Positions 28,643 to 38,972 of a stretch of 64,000 bases of DNA are shown one piece after another. The notes beneath the pieces were generated by a model that saw only the letters and a program-made list of their open reading frames with translations, made no database searches and was not told the origin of the DNA. The translations under genes and the position numbers were made by a program. Numbering within the stretch: the stretch's first letter is position 1; each line of letters opens with the position of its first letter. Source of the stretch: Limnochordia bacterium (GTDB lineage: Bacteria > Bacillota > Limnochordia > DTU080); contig JBMNJG010000005.1 of the NCBI GenBank assembly GCA_050951545.1, forward strand, positions 195,742 through 259,741, in the 5' to 3' direction.

Positions 28643-29926
28643 CTACGCCAAGTCACCATAGTACGCCTGGGCCACCTTGCGTATCGCAGCGGCCACATCG
28701 TCCGCATCTTCTTCAGTCCATCTTTGACTGAGGCTGATGGTCAGCACCCGACCTAGGTAATCCAGGCTACGCGGACACATGTCGGGGCTGTACTCGACAT
28801 TCCCCTTGTAAAACTCAGGAGCCCACGGATAACCCGTGCGATCAGCACTCCATTTGTTCATCACGTAATCCCAGTAGCTGTAAATGTGGCGATCCGGGAT
28901 CTCCTTATTGTAGATCGTGCCGTTGCCCACGCCTTCAGCAGCCAGGGCACGAGAAAAACGTTGTGCCTCCTGTGCGGAGGACAGATACAGACCCAGCACA
29001 ATGCCACAATCGCCTTCGGCATCTGCCGAACGTACTGGCCGGATTCCCGGTACATCAATGATCTGAGATAGAATCCGCTTCTTTGTCGCCCGAGTGCGCG
29101 CCAGTATCCCAGCCAGACGCTGGAACTGCACGTAACCTACGGCGGCCCTCAGCTCACACATCCGGGCATTCTCGCCTGCGAACGGCTCCCACGCATCTTC
29201 CTTTTTCCAGAAAGACATCGCGGAGTCGTGTTTGCAGGCAGCTCGTCTGAACACCCGTTCATCATCCGTAATCACCATACCGCCTTCACCACTAGTGATT
29301 ACCTTATAGTGTTGGAAGCTGAATATCCCGGCGTGCCCTAGGGAGCCGAGTTTGCGCCCATGATACTCGCCACCCACCGCTTGGGCCACATCCTCCAACA
29401 CCAATATGTTGTGCCGTTGGGCAACATCCATTATCTCATCCATCTGCGCTGGCCAACCCCGCATGTGCACCGGGATCACGCAGCGAGTCAACGGCGTGAT
29501 CTTGCGCTCGACATCATGCGGGTCAAGCGTCAGCGTATCGTCAACATCCGCGATGACGGGAATGGCTCCGACGCTGAGCACTGCTGCAGCCGTGGCGATA
29601 TAGGTGTAGGCGGGCACAATCACTTCGTCCCCAGTACTGATCCCTAGTCCCACTAGGGCAGTGATCAAGGCCGTTGTGCCTCCGGTGACAGACAGCGCAT
29701 ACTGGCTATTCGTGAACTCTCTAAACGCTGCCTCAAGACGGAAAGCATACGAGTCCTCGTCTGTCAGCAGGAAACGAAACATCTTCTTGCGGCGGAGAAC
29801 CTCTGTTACCGCCGCTATCTCTTCGTCACCCACCTCTTGAATGCCATGCAGACTGGATGGCAAAGGCCTAGTGCGAACCTTGTCACCACCATCTATCGCT
29901 AAGCGACCGCCGCGCCCACATGCCAC
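28643..29926 (-). CDS. DegT/DnrJ/EryC1/StrS family PLP-dependent aminotransferase
   Basis: Fold-type I aminotransferase with conserved lysine region FSFQHYKVITSGEGG. Confidence 0.8.
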   Translation of the reverse strand: MACGRGGRLAIDGGDKVRTRPLPSSLHGIQEVGDEEIAAVTEVLRRKKMFRFLLTDEDSYAFRLEAAFREFTNSQYALSVTGGTTALITALVGLGISTGDEVIVPAYTYIATAAAVLSVGAIPVIADVDDTLTLDPHDVERKITPLTRCVIPVHMRGWPAQMDEIMDVAQRHNILVLEDVAQAVGGEYHGRKLGSLGHAGIFSFQHYKVITSGEGGMVITDDERVFRRAACKHDSAMSFWKKEDAWEPFAGENARMCELRAAVGYVQFQRLAGILARTRATKKRILSQIIDVPGIRPVRSADAEGDCGIVLGLYLSSAQEAQRFSRALAAEGVGNGTIYNKEIPDRHIYSYWDYVMNKWSADRTGYPWAPEFYKGNVEYSPDMCPRSLDYLGRVLTISLSQRWTEEDADDVAAAIRKVAQAYYGDLA

Positions 29927-30010
29927 TGCTGGCCACCTCCAGGTTAACCTCTTTCTTATCAGCTAAGAATCTTCGGGACCGGCACCGCAGCTCCTGCAAG
30001 AACCCCGGCG

Positions 30011-30844
30011 TCAGTGCGCCGTTGTTGTCAGCAACAGGCTATCATCCACAACTTGTGCACCGCGTACCCGCCGAAACTCCTGAAGCAAATCGTCCACTCC
30101 CATCCTCGCCCGCTCAGGACCTGAGATGCTAAGCACGATCTGGCCCTCGTGCATCATGATGGTCCGATCGCCCAGACGAAGCGCCTGCTCCAAGTTGTGG
30201 GTTATCATTAGGGTGGTCAGCCCCTCTTGAGCGACTAAACGCTCAGTAAGCAGGATAATCTGCTCGGCGGTAGTGGGATCAAGAGCAGCCGTATGCTCAT
30301 CAAGCAGCAGCAGACTGGGGCGGGCCAAGGTCGCCATCACCAATGCCAATGCTTGGCGCTGGCCGCCAGACAAGAGACCTACGGCACTATGCAGTCGATC
30401 TTCCAGACCTAGTCCCAGCACACATAGGCTCTGCTTGATCCGTTCCCTTCCCTGTCGAGTAAGCCCTCTGTTGAGACCCCGTCTCTGACCTCTGCGCCTG
30501 GCCATGGCCAGGTTTTCCTCAACGCTCATAGAAGCCGCGGTCCCCTGTAGGGGATTCTGAAACACTCGCCCAATGCGTGCAGCCCGTTCGTGCTCGGGCT
30601 GCAGAGTGATATCCTCTTTGTCCAACAGAATGATTCCTCGGTCCACGGGGAAAACACCTGCGATAGCATTCAACAGCGTCGATTTCCCGGCCCCGTTGCT
30701 CCCTATGATGGTGACAAACTGCCCAGGACACACCTTGAGATCAACGCCGGACAAGGCCCCTTTCGGAGCGACACCTCCCACCATGAAGATCTTATGCAGA
30801 TTGGCTATCTCTAACACTGCTGGTGCCTCCTCCTTGCCCGACAT
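30011..30844 (-). CDS. ABC transporter ATP-binding protein of the DUF534-type uptake system
   Basis: Walker A GSNGAGKST, LSGGQRQ, LLLLDEHTAALD. Confidence 0.85.
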   Translation of the reverse strand: MSGKEEAPAVLEIANLHKIFMVGGVAPKGALSGVDLKVCPGQFVTIIGSNGAGKSTLLNAIAGVFPVDRGIILLDKEDITLQPEHERAARIGRVFQNPLQGTAASMSVEENLAMARRRGQRRGLNRGLTRQGRERIKQSLCVLGLGLEDRLHSAVGLLSGGQRQALALVMATLARPSLLLLDEHTAALDPTTAEQIILLTERLVAQEGLTTLMITHNLEQALRLGDRTIMMHEGQIVLSISGPERARMGVDDLLQEFRRVRGAQVVDDSLLLTTTAH

Positions 30845-31769
30845 ATCCCTCTGTCAGCAAGCGAGCATTCTCGATGGCCACCTGCCTGGAAAGGCTGCGC
30901 TCTTGCCAGCTAGTTCTCAAGGTGGGCAATGCCAAAGCTGCGATAACGAGGACGGCTGTCATGATACGCAGATCAGTAGGCTCCAACCCCATGCGCAATG
31001 CGAAGAAGATGGCAAGGCGATAGATGATCGCTCCCATCAACACGCCAAAGGTGGCGCGAAAAATGGAGTGCGAACGGATTACCCCCGTGCCAATGATCAC
31101 GGACGCCAATCCCACCACCACGGTACCAATACCCATGCCTACGTCAGCAAAACCTTGATACTGGGCCACTAATGCCCCAGACAAAGCGACCAAACCATTG
31201 GCCAGACTGAGCCCGACGATGGTCATCGCCTGGGTATCAACGCCCAAGCTTCGGATCATCTCCGGGCTATCACCTGTAGCCCGCATGGCCAAGCCGATAT
31301 CTGTGCTTAAGAAGCCATCCAGAAGCAGCTTGATACCGACAGCCAGGAACAACAGCAACAACAAGGCCAGATAAGGAACACCTGGCAGCAACTCCTCGAG
31401 CAAAGTGAACACAGTCGCCTGGCGCAACAAGGGGATATTGGCTCTGCCCATGATGCGCAGATTGACAGAGTACAGCCCTGTCATTGTCAGAATACCGGCC
31501 AACAGCCCTGCTATCTTCAGTTTCGTGTGCAGCACACCAGTCAACGCCCCACCCAACATTCCAGCGAACAACGCCGCAAGACACGCCAGAAATGGAGAGA
31601 CACCTGCCGTTATCAATGAGGCGGCTACTGCTGCGCCGAGTGGAAATGTGCCATCCACCGTAAGGTCAGCAACCTGCAAAACCCTATAGGTGATAAAGAC
31701 TCCCAGGGCCATGATGGCGTAGGCCAGCCCTTGCTCGATCGAGCTACTGATCAGCTCAAAGCTCAACAT
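30792..31769 (-). CDS. ABC transporter permease (DUF534-type system)
   Basis: Polytopic membrane protein overlapping the ATPase gene. Confidence 0.75.
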   Translation of the reverse strand: MLSFELISSSIEQGLAYAIMALGVFITYRVLQVADLTVDGTFPLGAAVAASLITAGVSPFLACLAALFAGMLGGALTGVLHTKLKIAGLLAGILTMTGLYSVNLRIMGRANIPLLRQATVFTLLEELLPGVPYLALLLLLFLAVGIKLLLDGFLSTDIGLAMRATGDSPEMIRSLGVDTQAMTIVGLSLANGLVALSGALVAQYQGFADVGMGIGTVVVGLASVIIGTGVIRSHSIFRATFGVLMGAIIYRLAIFFALRMGLEPTDLRIMTAVLVIAALALPTLRTSWQERSLSRQVAIENARLLTEGYVGQGGGTSSVRDSQSA

Positions 31770-31802
31770 GGCGGCCCCCCTTGGTAACCTTCCTTCGTTC
31801 CA

Positions 31803-32804
31803 CTAGCGAATAACCTCGTCTGCCTTGGCGATGAGTGCTTGAGGCACCGTAACGCCCATTCGCTCTGCAGCCCGCAAATTGACAACCACCCGCAATTCCT
31901 GCTGATACTGGATCGGCATCTTGGCAGGATCGGTCCCGTTGAGCACCTTGACCGCCATGTCTGCCGTCTGCTGCCCCAGACGGTAGTAATCTAAGCCCAA
32001 GGTAGCGAGGGCACCACGCCGCACACTGTCACCCTCGCCCGCGATCAAGGGGATTTTCGCTCGCTCGGCCACCATGATCACTGACTCCAGGGCAGAGACC
32101 ACAGTGTTGTCAGTAGGCACGTAGATAGCATCCACGCGACCGACCAAAGACTGCGCAGCCTGCAAGACCTCACTGGTGTTTCCCGCCGTTGCCTCGACAA
32201 GTGCCAGGCCTTCTTCCTTGGCGACCTGTTTGGCCAGCTCCACCTGTACTACTGAGTTTGTCTCGCCCGCGTTGTAGACCACACCCAAACGGCGGGCCTG
32301 CGGCCGGAGGCTCTTGACCAGGGCTATCTGCTGAGCCACGGGGTTGAGATCCGACGTACCAGTCACATTGGTCCCAGGGGTTTGGTTTGATCGTACGAGC
32401 CCTGCAGCCTGCGGATCGGTCACGGCGGTGATCAGGATCGGAATCTTGCTCGTCACATTCGCCGCTGCCTGAGCCGTGGGTGTCGCGATAGCTAGGATCA
32501 AATCCACACCATCACCCACGAACTTGCGCGCGATGGTCTGCGCCGTGGCCATGTCACCTTGCGCGTTGCGCATGTCATAGATAACCTGCTTACCCTCCTG
32601 ATAGCCTAGCTGCTTCATTCGATCGACAAACCCCTGTCGAGCAGAATCCAGAGCCGGGTGTTCAGCGATCTGCGCGATGCCGATAGTGACGGTCTTTGCC
32701 GCTCCAGTTGCTGCTGCAGCAAGAATAATCAGACACACGACGAAAAGGGAGACGCGTGATCTCATGAAGACACACTCCTCTGGCCTAAGGCCCTTCCCAT
32801 TCAT
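31803..32804 (-). CDS. ABC transporter substrate-binding protein (ABC_sub_bind/DUF534 family)
   Basis: N-terminal signal anchor then periplasmic-binding-protein type I-like fold; first gene of a three-gene importer operon. Confidence 0.7.
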   Translation of the reverse strand: MNGKGLRPEECVFMRSRVSLFVVCLIILAAAATGAAKTVTIGIAQIAEHPALDSARQGFVDRMKQLGYQEGKQVIYDMRNAQGDMATAQTIARKFVGDGVDLILAIATPTAQAAANVTSKIPILITAVTDPQAAGLVRSNQTPGTNVTGTSDLNPVAQQIALVKSLRPQARRLGVVYNAGETNSVVQVELAKQVAKEEGLALVEATAGNTSEVLQAAQSLVGRVDAIYVPTDNTVVSALESVIMVAERAKIPLIAGEGDSVRRGALATLGLDYYRLGQQTADMAVKVLNGTDPAKMPIQYQQELRVVVNLRAAERMGVTVPQALIAKADEVIR

Positions 32805-33252
32805 GGCTGTGTTTGCCCACTTTCATAACCAAGGACGTGTCGCTGCTACTTACTCCAGGAATGGCGCGCAACGTCTTGGTCAAAAAAGCATACAAATCCT
32901 CCATGTTGCTGACCACCACCTCCATGATCACGTCGTAGGCTCCAGTACATATAGCCATGTATCTCACCTCTGGCAGCATCTCTAGCTGAGCCACCACCTC
33001 CTCCACCTCAGCACCCGTTAGCTTCACTCCCACGATGGCCAGCGTCTGGACGCCAACCTTGCTGGGATCTAGCACCCCGGTGATCTTGAGAACGCCCTCG
33101 TCAATGAGTCGGTTGACGCGCTTGCGCACCGTTCCCTCTGCGAGATTCAAAGCAGTAGCGATGGCAGTGAAAGGCATTCGCCCATCTTGCTGCAGATAAC
33201 GCAAAATCTTGCGGTCGAGGTCATCCAAACCGGGTTGTGGGAACGAACGCAT
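32785..33252 (-). CDS. Lrp/AsnC family transcriptional regulator
   Basis: HTH DLDRKILRYLQQDGRMPFTAIA plus RAM domain. Start set at Met of MRSFPQ; the ORF track extends further upstream to 33330. Confidence 0.8.
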   Translation of the reverse strand: MRSFPQPGLDDLDRKILRYLQQDGRMPFTAIATALNLAEGTVRKRVNRLIDEGVLKITGVLDPSKVGVQTLAIVGVKLTGAEVEEVVAQLEMLPEVRYMAICTGAYDVIMEVVVSNMEDLYAFLTKTLRAIPGVSSSDTSLVMKVGKHSHEWEGP

Positions 33253-33535
33253 GCAATCTGTCGCCTCCCTCGAGCGATATCCACATCGACAGTTACGTAT
33301 TACGTAATTATGACTGCAACGCCGCAACAAGGTGTTTGAACCGCATTATATCACCTACCAAGTGACGAATCAAGCACCTTTTGGCCCTATTAGTACCGAA
33401 AGACGTGCCCGCATCAGTCCATGGCCGCTGGCTCGCCCAGTGCCTTGGGCATTCCCGCCAGGAATATGGCGCCCCAAGGACGAAGCCCGCTGGTGTCATC
33501 CGAACAGCATCGTCGAACGGTTCTTTTTGGAGTAG

Positions 33536-33591
33536 GCATGTCCGAAGCCTCCGACATGCCCGCACAGCATCACATCATTTCCTTAGGGAGG
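33536..33591 (+). promoter_or_regulatory. Conserved 5'-leader motif, copy 3, with preceding hairpin; ends in AGGGAGG SD
   Basis: gcatgtccg-aagcctc-cgacatgc hairpin then GACATGCCCGCACAGCATCACATCATTTCCTTAGGGAGG. Confidence 0.5.
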
Positions 33592-33606
33592 ATTCGCGCA
33601 TTGCAG

Positions 33607-35565
33607 ATGCTTGGCTCGTCAGCTGCACGAGATTTCACAAAGTGGTTACGGGCACAGGTGGCACAGCCGGATGCACTGCCCCCTGATCCCCAAAGGGCTG
33701 AAGAGGTACCAGCCTACCAGGCCGCTGTCCGCAACATCCTTGCCACCGCGGCCGGAGAGGTACCTGAGTATGATAAGCTTGATCCCGTGGTACACCAAGT
33801 GATAGAGCGTGAGGGTTACCGCATCGAGGCTGTCTCGTTCGCTACATTCGCTGGGCTACGCATGACCGCCAATGCCTACGTACCGCAGAGCTCCGGCCGC
33901 GTACCAGGCGTGCTGATAGTGCATGGCCATTGGCCCCACGGTCGGCGCGACCCGCAGGTGCAGTTCCGCTGCTTAGCCCTTGTGAAATCAGGATACTTCG
34001 TCCTCGCCGTCGACTGCATCGGTGCTGGTGAGCGAGCGGTCACGTTGCCCGGTGCTTACCACGGGGGCGTAGATGGTGCCGCTCTCTGGCTCCACGGTTA
34101 CTCCCTGTTTGGTATTCAGATCCACGAGAACGTCCGTGCATGCGATTATCTCGTGTCACGACCCGAAGTCGATTCTGCAAGGCTAGCCATCACGGGGGCG
34201 TCCGGCGGTGGTAACCAGTCCTTTTACACGGGCGCCTGGGATACGCGTTTTAGCGCAGTGATTCCCGTCTGCTCAACCGGAGCGTATCGGCACATGGTGG
34301 GCAACAGCAACTGTGTCTGCGAAACGCCTCGCGCCTTGCCAGCAGCTATGGAACAGGGAGCTCTCTTCTCTTTGATCGCTCCCCGCGCCTTGCTGGTCAT
34401 GAATGCCCTGAACGATTCTATCAGCTTCTGGCATGAAGATGCCCGCCAGCAGATCGCCACAGCAAGTCGCGCTTGGGAGCTGTTGGGCTGTCGAGAAAAG
34501 GTAGCCTTTAGGGCCCTGCCCACCACACATGGGTACTGGCCTCCCTACCGTGAAGCGTTGCTCGGCTGGCTCGCTCGTTGGCTCAAGGACGAATCCGAGG
34601 CAACACCGCGCCCGGAACCTGCTGTAGAGATCGAAGACTTCCAGAGACTGTCTTGCTACCCCGAAGCGGAAGCTCCCCAGGTGATGACTGTGCGCGACCT
34701 CTACGGCAGGCTGTCACAGTCTGAGACCCCAAAGGAACAGCCGACTCTGCCTGCCCTGCAAGAGTTACTGCAGGTACCATCCTCGGCTCTGAGCCTGCGC
34801 GTCGAACGCGTGACTCGAGCTGGTTCTCCCATGGGACTGGGAATCGCCCTGCACACAGACGATGGCCTGGTGCTGCCTACCATAGCCCTGTGGCAGGGCT
34901 ATGAGCGTCCTCACGCGGATGTCTTGATCTGGATAGGCAATGACAAAGGCGAGGCAGCAAAGTGCCCCATGGTGCGCACCGCTTTGGAGAAGGGCCAGCT
35001 TGTGTGGGCTGTTGACCTACCTGGCCTTGGGGAAGCCACGCTGAACAGCGACCTGAGCGGAGGCGACCAGCGTATTCGCCATAATGCCACCCGGGCTTGC
35101 CATATGCTGGGCTTTGACCTCGCTGGCCTGTGGCTTCACCTGCTACGCAGGGTGGTTACTACGGCCCGCGAAAACGGTGCCGGATCCGTGGCACTAGCGG
35201 CGCAAGGTGGACCAGGAACCGTGGTTCTTCTCGGCGCAGGCCTCCTAGACGGTGTCGACCGCCTCTTGGTAAGAGCGCCTTTGGCGTCGTATTGCATAGG
35301 CGACACCTTCGAACACCAACCCATGGAGATCTTCATATCTAACCTTGCGCGCCTGGGAGACATCCCCCAGCTTGCTGGCTTACGCGCTCCTGGCAGACTC
35401 ACTGTCGCCGCGCCATTGGGGCCGCGCAACGAACAGTTGTCGCTGTCGCAGCGAGAGGAGATCTTCGCGTCAACCCGCAGCTGCTATGCCCAAACTGGTC
35501 ACCCTGGCAACTTCCGCCTGATTGGACTTGCCGAAGTGCAAAGCGGCCTGGGCCGATGGCTGTAG
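33607..35565 (+). CDS. Alpha/beta hydrolase with N-terminal acetyl-xylan-esterase/dienelactone-hydrolase-like domain and long C-terminal extension
   Basis: ITGASGGGNQS (GxSxG) with VLIVHGHW upstream. Start placed at the ATG after the leader motif; the ORF track start 33421 lies inside the divergent Lrp promoter region. Confidence 0.65.
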   Translation: MLGSSAARDFTKWLRAQVAQPDALPPDPQRAEEVPAYQAAVRNILATAAGEVPEYDKLDPVVHQVIEREGYRIEAVSFATFAGLRMTANAYVPQSSGRVPGVLIVHGHWPHGRRDPQVQFRCLALVKSGYFVLAVDCIGAGERAVTLPGAYHGGVDGAALWLHGYSLFGIQIHENVRACDYLVSRPEVDSARLAITGASGGGNQSFYTGAWDTRFSAVIPVCSTGAYRHMVGNSNCVCETPRALPAAMEQGALFSLIAPRALLVMNALNDSISFWHEDARQQIATASRAWELLGCREKVAFRALPTTHGYWPPYREALLGWLARWLKDESEATPRPEPAVEIEDFQRLSCYPEAEAPQVMTVRDLYGRLSQSETPKEQPTLPALQELLQVPSSALSLRVERVTRAGSPMGLGIALHTDDGLVLPTIALWQGYERPHADVLIWIGNDKGEAAKCPMVRTALEKGQLVWAVDLPGLGEATLNSDLSGGDQRIRHNATRACHMLGFDLAGLWLHLLRRVVTTARENGAGSVALAAQGGPGTVVLLGAGLLDGVDRLLVRAPLASYCIGDTFEHQPMEIFISNLARLGDIPQLAGLRAPGRLTVAAPLGPRNEQLSLSQREEIFASTRSCYAQTGHPGNFRLIGLAEVQSGLGRWL

Positions 35566-35594
35566 ATGAGAAAGAGCCCCAGTCGAAGGGCTGC

Positions 35595-36755
35595 CTACTG
35601 GCGGCCCTTCTCAACTCGTAGCAGACGCCAGGCTATCCACAGCAGGGGCAGAATCAACAGATAGTTCATTCCGACAGCCACTTTGAAGCTCCATCTGTCC
35701 GCTATGATACCAGTCCACCATGGTGGAATCATGGTACCCAGTGTCATAGCCAATGACATCGTGGCCGCGACCGTACCAGCCAATGCAGGAAACAGATTGT
35801 TCGCATAGGCCAGTGCAGTGGGATAAAGGCCCGAAAAAAAGAGCCCGCTCAAAGCTACGCTGAAGGTGATCACCAGTGGGTGCCTGCCAAGGATGACAAG
35901 AGGGAAGCTCACCACTGCACCTATCGACAGGATCAGTATGGTTTTTGCGTACCCTACCCGATCCGCCACCGACGCACACACAAAGCGCCCTAGAGTCAGT
36001 CCGACATAAAACAAAGAGATCATGCTGGTCGCCAAGAACGCAGGGACTCCCCCACTCTCCTGCAGATACATGTTCACCCACCCCAATAGCACCCAGGCGA
36101 CGCCGTTATAGATGAAAGCTACAGCGAATAGGGAGAGAGCCACGCTATTCTTGAGGAATTCCACGCTTAGAAGCTGCCTCTTGGCAACGGTTGCGCCCTT
36201 CTTGGGGTAGTTGAAAAGGAGCGCAGCCAGCCCAAAGGCAAGCCAAACAAGCGCCGAGCCAGCGAATATCACCCGCCAGTCTCGGCCCAATCCCAGCACC
36301 AGAGCTATCAGCAATGGCGACAGTGCTGCACCAGTGCTGTAGATGCCGTGCAGTAGGTTCAGTGCCTTTGCCCGGTTTTCCTGGTGAAGGTCTGACATCA
36401 AAGCGTTGATGGTCGTCGAGACCGCTCCCTGCGAGGCACCCATGATCGCAAACCCCAACAGAAAAACAGGCCAGCTGCCAGCGAGGGCAGCTAGGCCCAA
36501 TCCCGCCGCCTGTAACAGAGCGCTGGTCACCAGCAACGGTTTGCGGCCCAGCAAATCTGAGGAGACCCCCGAAAACATGCTCCCAATAAATGAACCGAGC
36601 GCCTTGGCCGGGAAGGCTAAGCCCGCCGAAGCCAGCGAAAGACCGAAATGGGCGATGATATTGGGCATCAATGGCGGGAAGATGATCACGATGGTACCGA
36701 CAATGAAGTAACCAACCTGACAGAAACGAACAAGGCCTTTGCTTGAGGCGCGCAT
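35595..36755 (-). CDS. MFS transporter
   Basis: 12 predicted TM helices and MFS signature GRKPLL. Confidence 0.8.
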   Translation of the reverse strand: MRASSKGLVRFCQVGYFIVGTIVIIFPPLMPNIIAHFGLSLASAGLAFPAKALGSFIGSMFSGVSSDLLGRKPLLVTSALLQAAGLGLAALAGSWPVFLLGFAIMGASQGAVSTTINALMSDLHQENRAKALNLLHGIYSTGAALSPLLIALVLGLGRDWRVIFAGSALVWLAFGLAALLFNYPKKGATVAKRQLLSVEFLKNSVALSLFAVAFIYNGVAWVLLGWVNMYLQESGGVPAFLATSMISLFYVGLTLGRFVCASVADRVGYAKTILILSIGAVVSFPLVILGRHPLVITFSVALSGLFFSGLYPTALAYANNLFPALAGTVAATMSLAMTLGTMIPPWWTGIIADRWSFKVAVGMNYLLILPLLWIAWRLLRVEKGRQ

Positions 36756-36827
36756 GACATCGGTCCTTTACATGAATTGGGTTGCTCCAGTATCTATTGG
36801 CAGCGAACTACCGCCACTCCTGCGGCA

Positions 36828-36876
36828 AGGGAACGAAAAGGGGCGGTCGTGAGCCCAGAAGACTCTTACCGCCCCT
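36828..36876 (-). terminator. Intrinsic terminator downstream of the MMPL/DUF1329/DUF1302 operon
   Basis: On the - strand, 9-bp GC stem AGGGGCGGU/ACCGCCCCU followed by UUUU. Confidence 0.6.
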
Positions 36877-36905
36877 CTGTTTCAACTACTATATGGAAGC
36901 TGTAT

Positions 36906-38141
36906 CTAAAAGCTCACCGTCAGTCCCGCAAGAACGCCTTGAGCAGCTTCTTTCAGATCCGCTAACTCGCTTTTTTCACTACCAGTCACCCATACTGCCC
37001 CAAGCGTGAGCTTGGTAGCCTCCGCCAGCTCGTAGGTATACTGTGGTAACAGCAAAGCCCCGCTGTCCGTCGCATTGAAGAGAGCAACCAGCTCGAGATC
37101 GTGCTTGTCTCTGGGCGAGTACTGCCCTCTAGCGACTACGTAGGTCTGCGCCTCACCGCCCACCATCGGATCAAAATAGGGGACAAGTAGGGAGCCTCCC
37201 TGATGATACACGACCTGTGCTGATGCATAGAGCCCGTTGTCGAAGGAGTAGTCTGCGCCCACCACACACTGCATATAGGGGTCGTTTGATGACATAGCCA
37301 GGCTCATCGGGGCGTCAAGCTCATCCAGGTGGTCAGGTACCTTGTAGGCTCCCTCAAACCAAAGAGACGCACCTCGGAAGTCAAAGGCTGTCGCTACGCC
37401 AGCACTCTGCACGCGACGATACTGAGTGCGAGGGACCGGAGGCGGGGCGAGTGGGTCGGCAAAGGTCAGCCACGCCGCTGGCAGGTCATCCCAACCGTTG
37501 AAATAAGTCACATAAACTGGCCACCCGCCGACGGGCAGCTCTCCTCGTACGGCAAATTCCAACTGATCGCCATTGCCAGCAGGCCCCCCCGACGCAGGAG
37601 GCAGCTTCAGCTCGCTGGGCAGATCTCCAGGGACAAAATCCAGCACGCACACACCAGTAATCCCTGCGCCGCCAGGCAGATAGTAGGCCGCCATAACCGC
37701 AGGCACTGGCTTCCCTTTGAGCTGCAGTGCGCTCAGGGAGCCATAGTCCCTGGGGTTGATATCACTCGTGGGGTTAAGACCGTCTGCCGTTCCCCAGTTG
37801 ATCACCTGGCGGCCCACTCGAATATCCACCTGCGACAGGTAGGCATCAGCATATGCTTCGTCAAGCTCCCACCAAGTTCTGGATACAGGCCGATATCCCG
37901 CACCGCCCTTAAACGACAAGCGGTAAACGGTGGCCAAACCTACCTCTCCATCTAGGCTCAGGCTGTAGCGCAGCTGGCTGTTTCCAAAGGACTGCGCTTC
38001 AGTCAGGTAGTGCAGATCATAGCCAAGCTCACCACTAACCTCCGCCGTGGCAGCCCATCCGGGTATGGTGAACATGATGAGCCCCACAAGCACGAACAGA
38101 AACCATCGATCTGCCAATGTACGAACCGCCAACAACAACAC
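36906..38141 (-). CDS. DUF1302-like putative outer-membrane (beta-barrel) protein associated with RND/MMPL exporters
   Basis: Signal/TM N-terminus; motif IRVGRQVINWGTADG resembles the DUF1302 GRQvvnWGe block. Sits downstream of the DUF1329 and MMPL genes. Confidence 0.55.
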   Translation of the reverse strand: MLLLAVRTLADRWFLFVLVGLIMFTIPGWAATAEVSGELGYDLHYLTEAQSFGNSQLRYSLSLDGEVGLATVYRLSFKGGAGYRPVSRTWWELDEAYADAYLSQVDIRVGRQVINWGTADGLNPTSDINPRDYGSLSALQLKGKPVPAVMAAYYLPGGAGITGVCVLDFVPGDLPSELKLPPASGGPAGNGDQLEFAVRGELPVGGWPVYVTYFNGWDDLPAAWLTFADPLAPPPVPRTQYRRVQSAGVATAFDFRGASLWFEGAYKVPDHLDELDAPMSLAMSSNDPYMQCVVGADYSFDNGLYASAQVVYHQGGSLLVPYFDPMVGGEAQTYVVARGQYSPRDKHDLELVALFNATDSGALLLPQYTYELAEATKLTLGAVWVTGSEKSELADLKEAAQGVLAGLTVSF

Positions 38142-38168
38142 GTCCTTTCTGTCAGTGGTGAGGTCCTC

Positions 38169-38957
38169 TTACCGCCTTAGGTAGCGCAGTGTGAACACAT
38201 CCTCAGAGACCGGCTTCTCGCTTGAACTGAGTATGCGTAGAACCGTCGTGCTCCCGGTGTTCAGATCAGCCAGAGTGACCTCATGGGGCTGCCACTCACC
38301 CTTGCTGTTGCGGCGCAGATCCTTGCTATCCAGTCGTTTGATGGGGCGCTTTCGCTTGTCGAAGAACTCCACAGACAGCGGTATCCGGGACTGTTTGTCT
38401 ACCGCCATTGTTAGCCGGCCGTAGCTGGCCTTTGTGGATTTCGGCGCCAACTCCAGCACATAGCAGTCTCGGCCGTCTATGCTCTTGTCACGCTGACGTA
38501 CAGGCTTGTATTCCTCCGAGAACGAGGAAGCCCCGCTAATCTCCTCAAAGGTGAAGTCTGTACCCATAAACTTCCCTTGGACCGCGCTTCCGGCAATAAC
38601 TCGCTCGCGCCCCACCGCTGGTAGATAGAGCCACATCTGGGTGCTTTGTCTGGGCGAGCTGATACTCAGGAACTTCGTGCCCTTAACATCAGCCGGAGCC
38701 ACGAACACAACAAGCTGCTTGGTTGTGCCTCGCCCGTCATCCGAGCGATACAGGTCAACTTGCTGCGTCTTTACCTGTCCCCGCCTACTTGTCACTGTCA
38801 TGTCGACTCTTGCCTCACCGCTGCCCGCAAACGCAGTCGAATCCGAGACGCTGTCAAGAATCTGCTGAGCCGTCGGTTCAGCAGCCTCTACCGCCCCCGA
38901 GAAGACCATGCCGCACAGCAGCGATACTACCACGAGTACACCGAGCCTTTCACGCAA
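38169..38957 (-). CDS. DUF1329 / LolA-like outer membrane lipoprotein-sorting family protein
   Basis: Signal peptide; WLYLPAVGRERVIAGSAVQGKFMGTDFTFEEI matches the DUF1329 core (P..rRv......f.GsDfsyeD). Confidence 0.65.
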   Translation of the reverse strand: MRERLGVLVVVSLLCGMVFSGAVEAAEPTAQQILDSVSDSTAFAGSGEARVDMTVTSRRGQVKTQQVDLYRSDDGRGTTKQLVVFVAPADVKGTKFLSISSPRQSTQMWLYLPAVGRERVIAGSAVQGKFMGTDFTFEEISGASSFSEEYKPVRQRDKSIDGRDCYVLELAPKSTKASYGRLTMAVDKQSRIPLSVEFFDKRKRPIKRLDSKDLRRNSKGEWQPHEVTLADLNTGSTTVLRILSSSEKPVSEDVFTLRYLRR

Positions 38958-38972
38958 TACGAACGCCCCCCA

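Noticed and set aside
30011-32804. Possible novel system in the DUF534 ABC importer adjacent to Lrp
   Set aside because: This is a standard, widely distributed three-gene importer with an adjacent Lrp regulator; nothing atypical seen.
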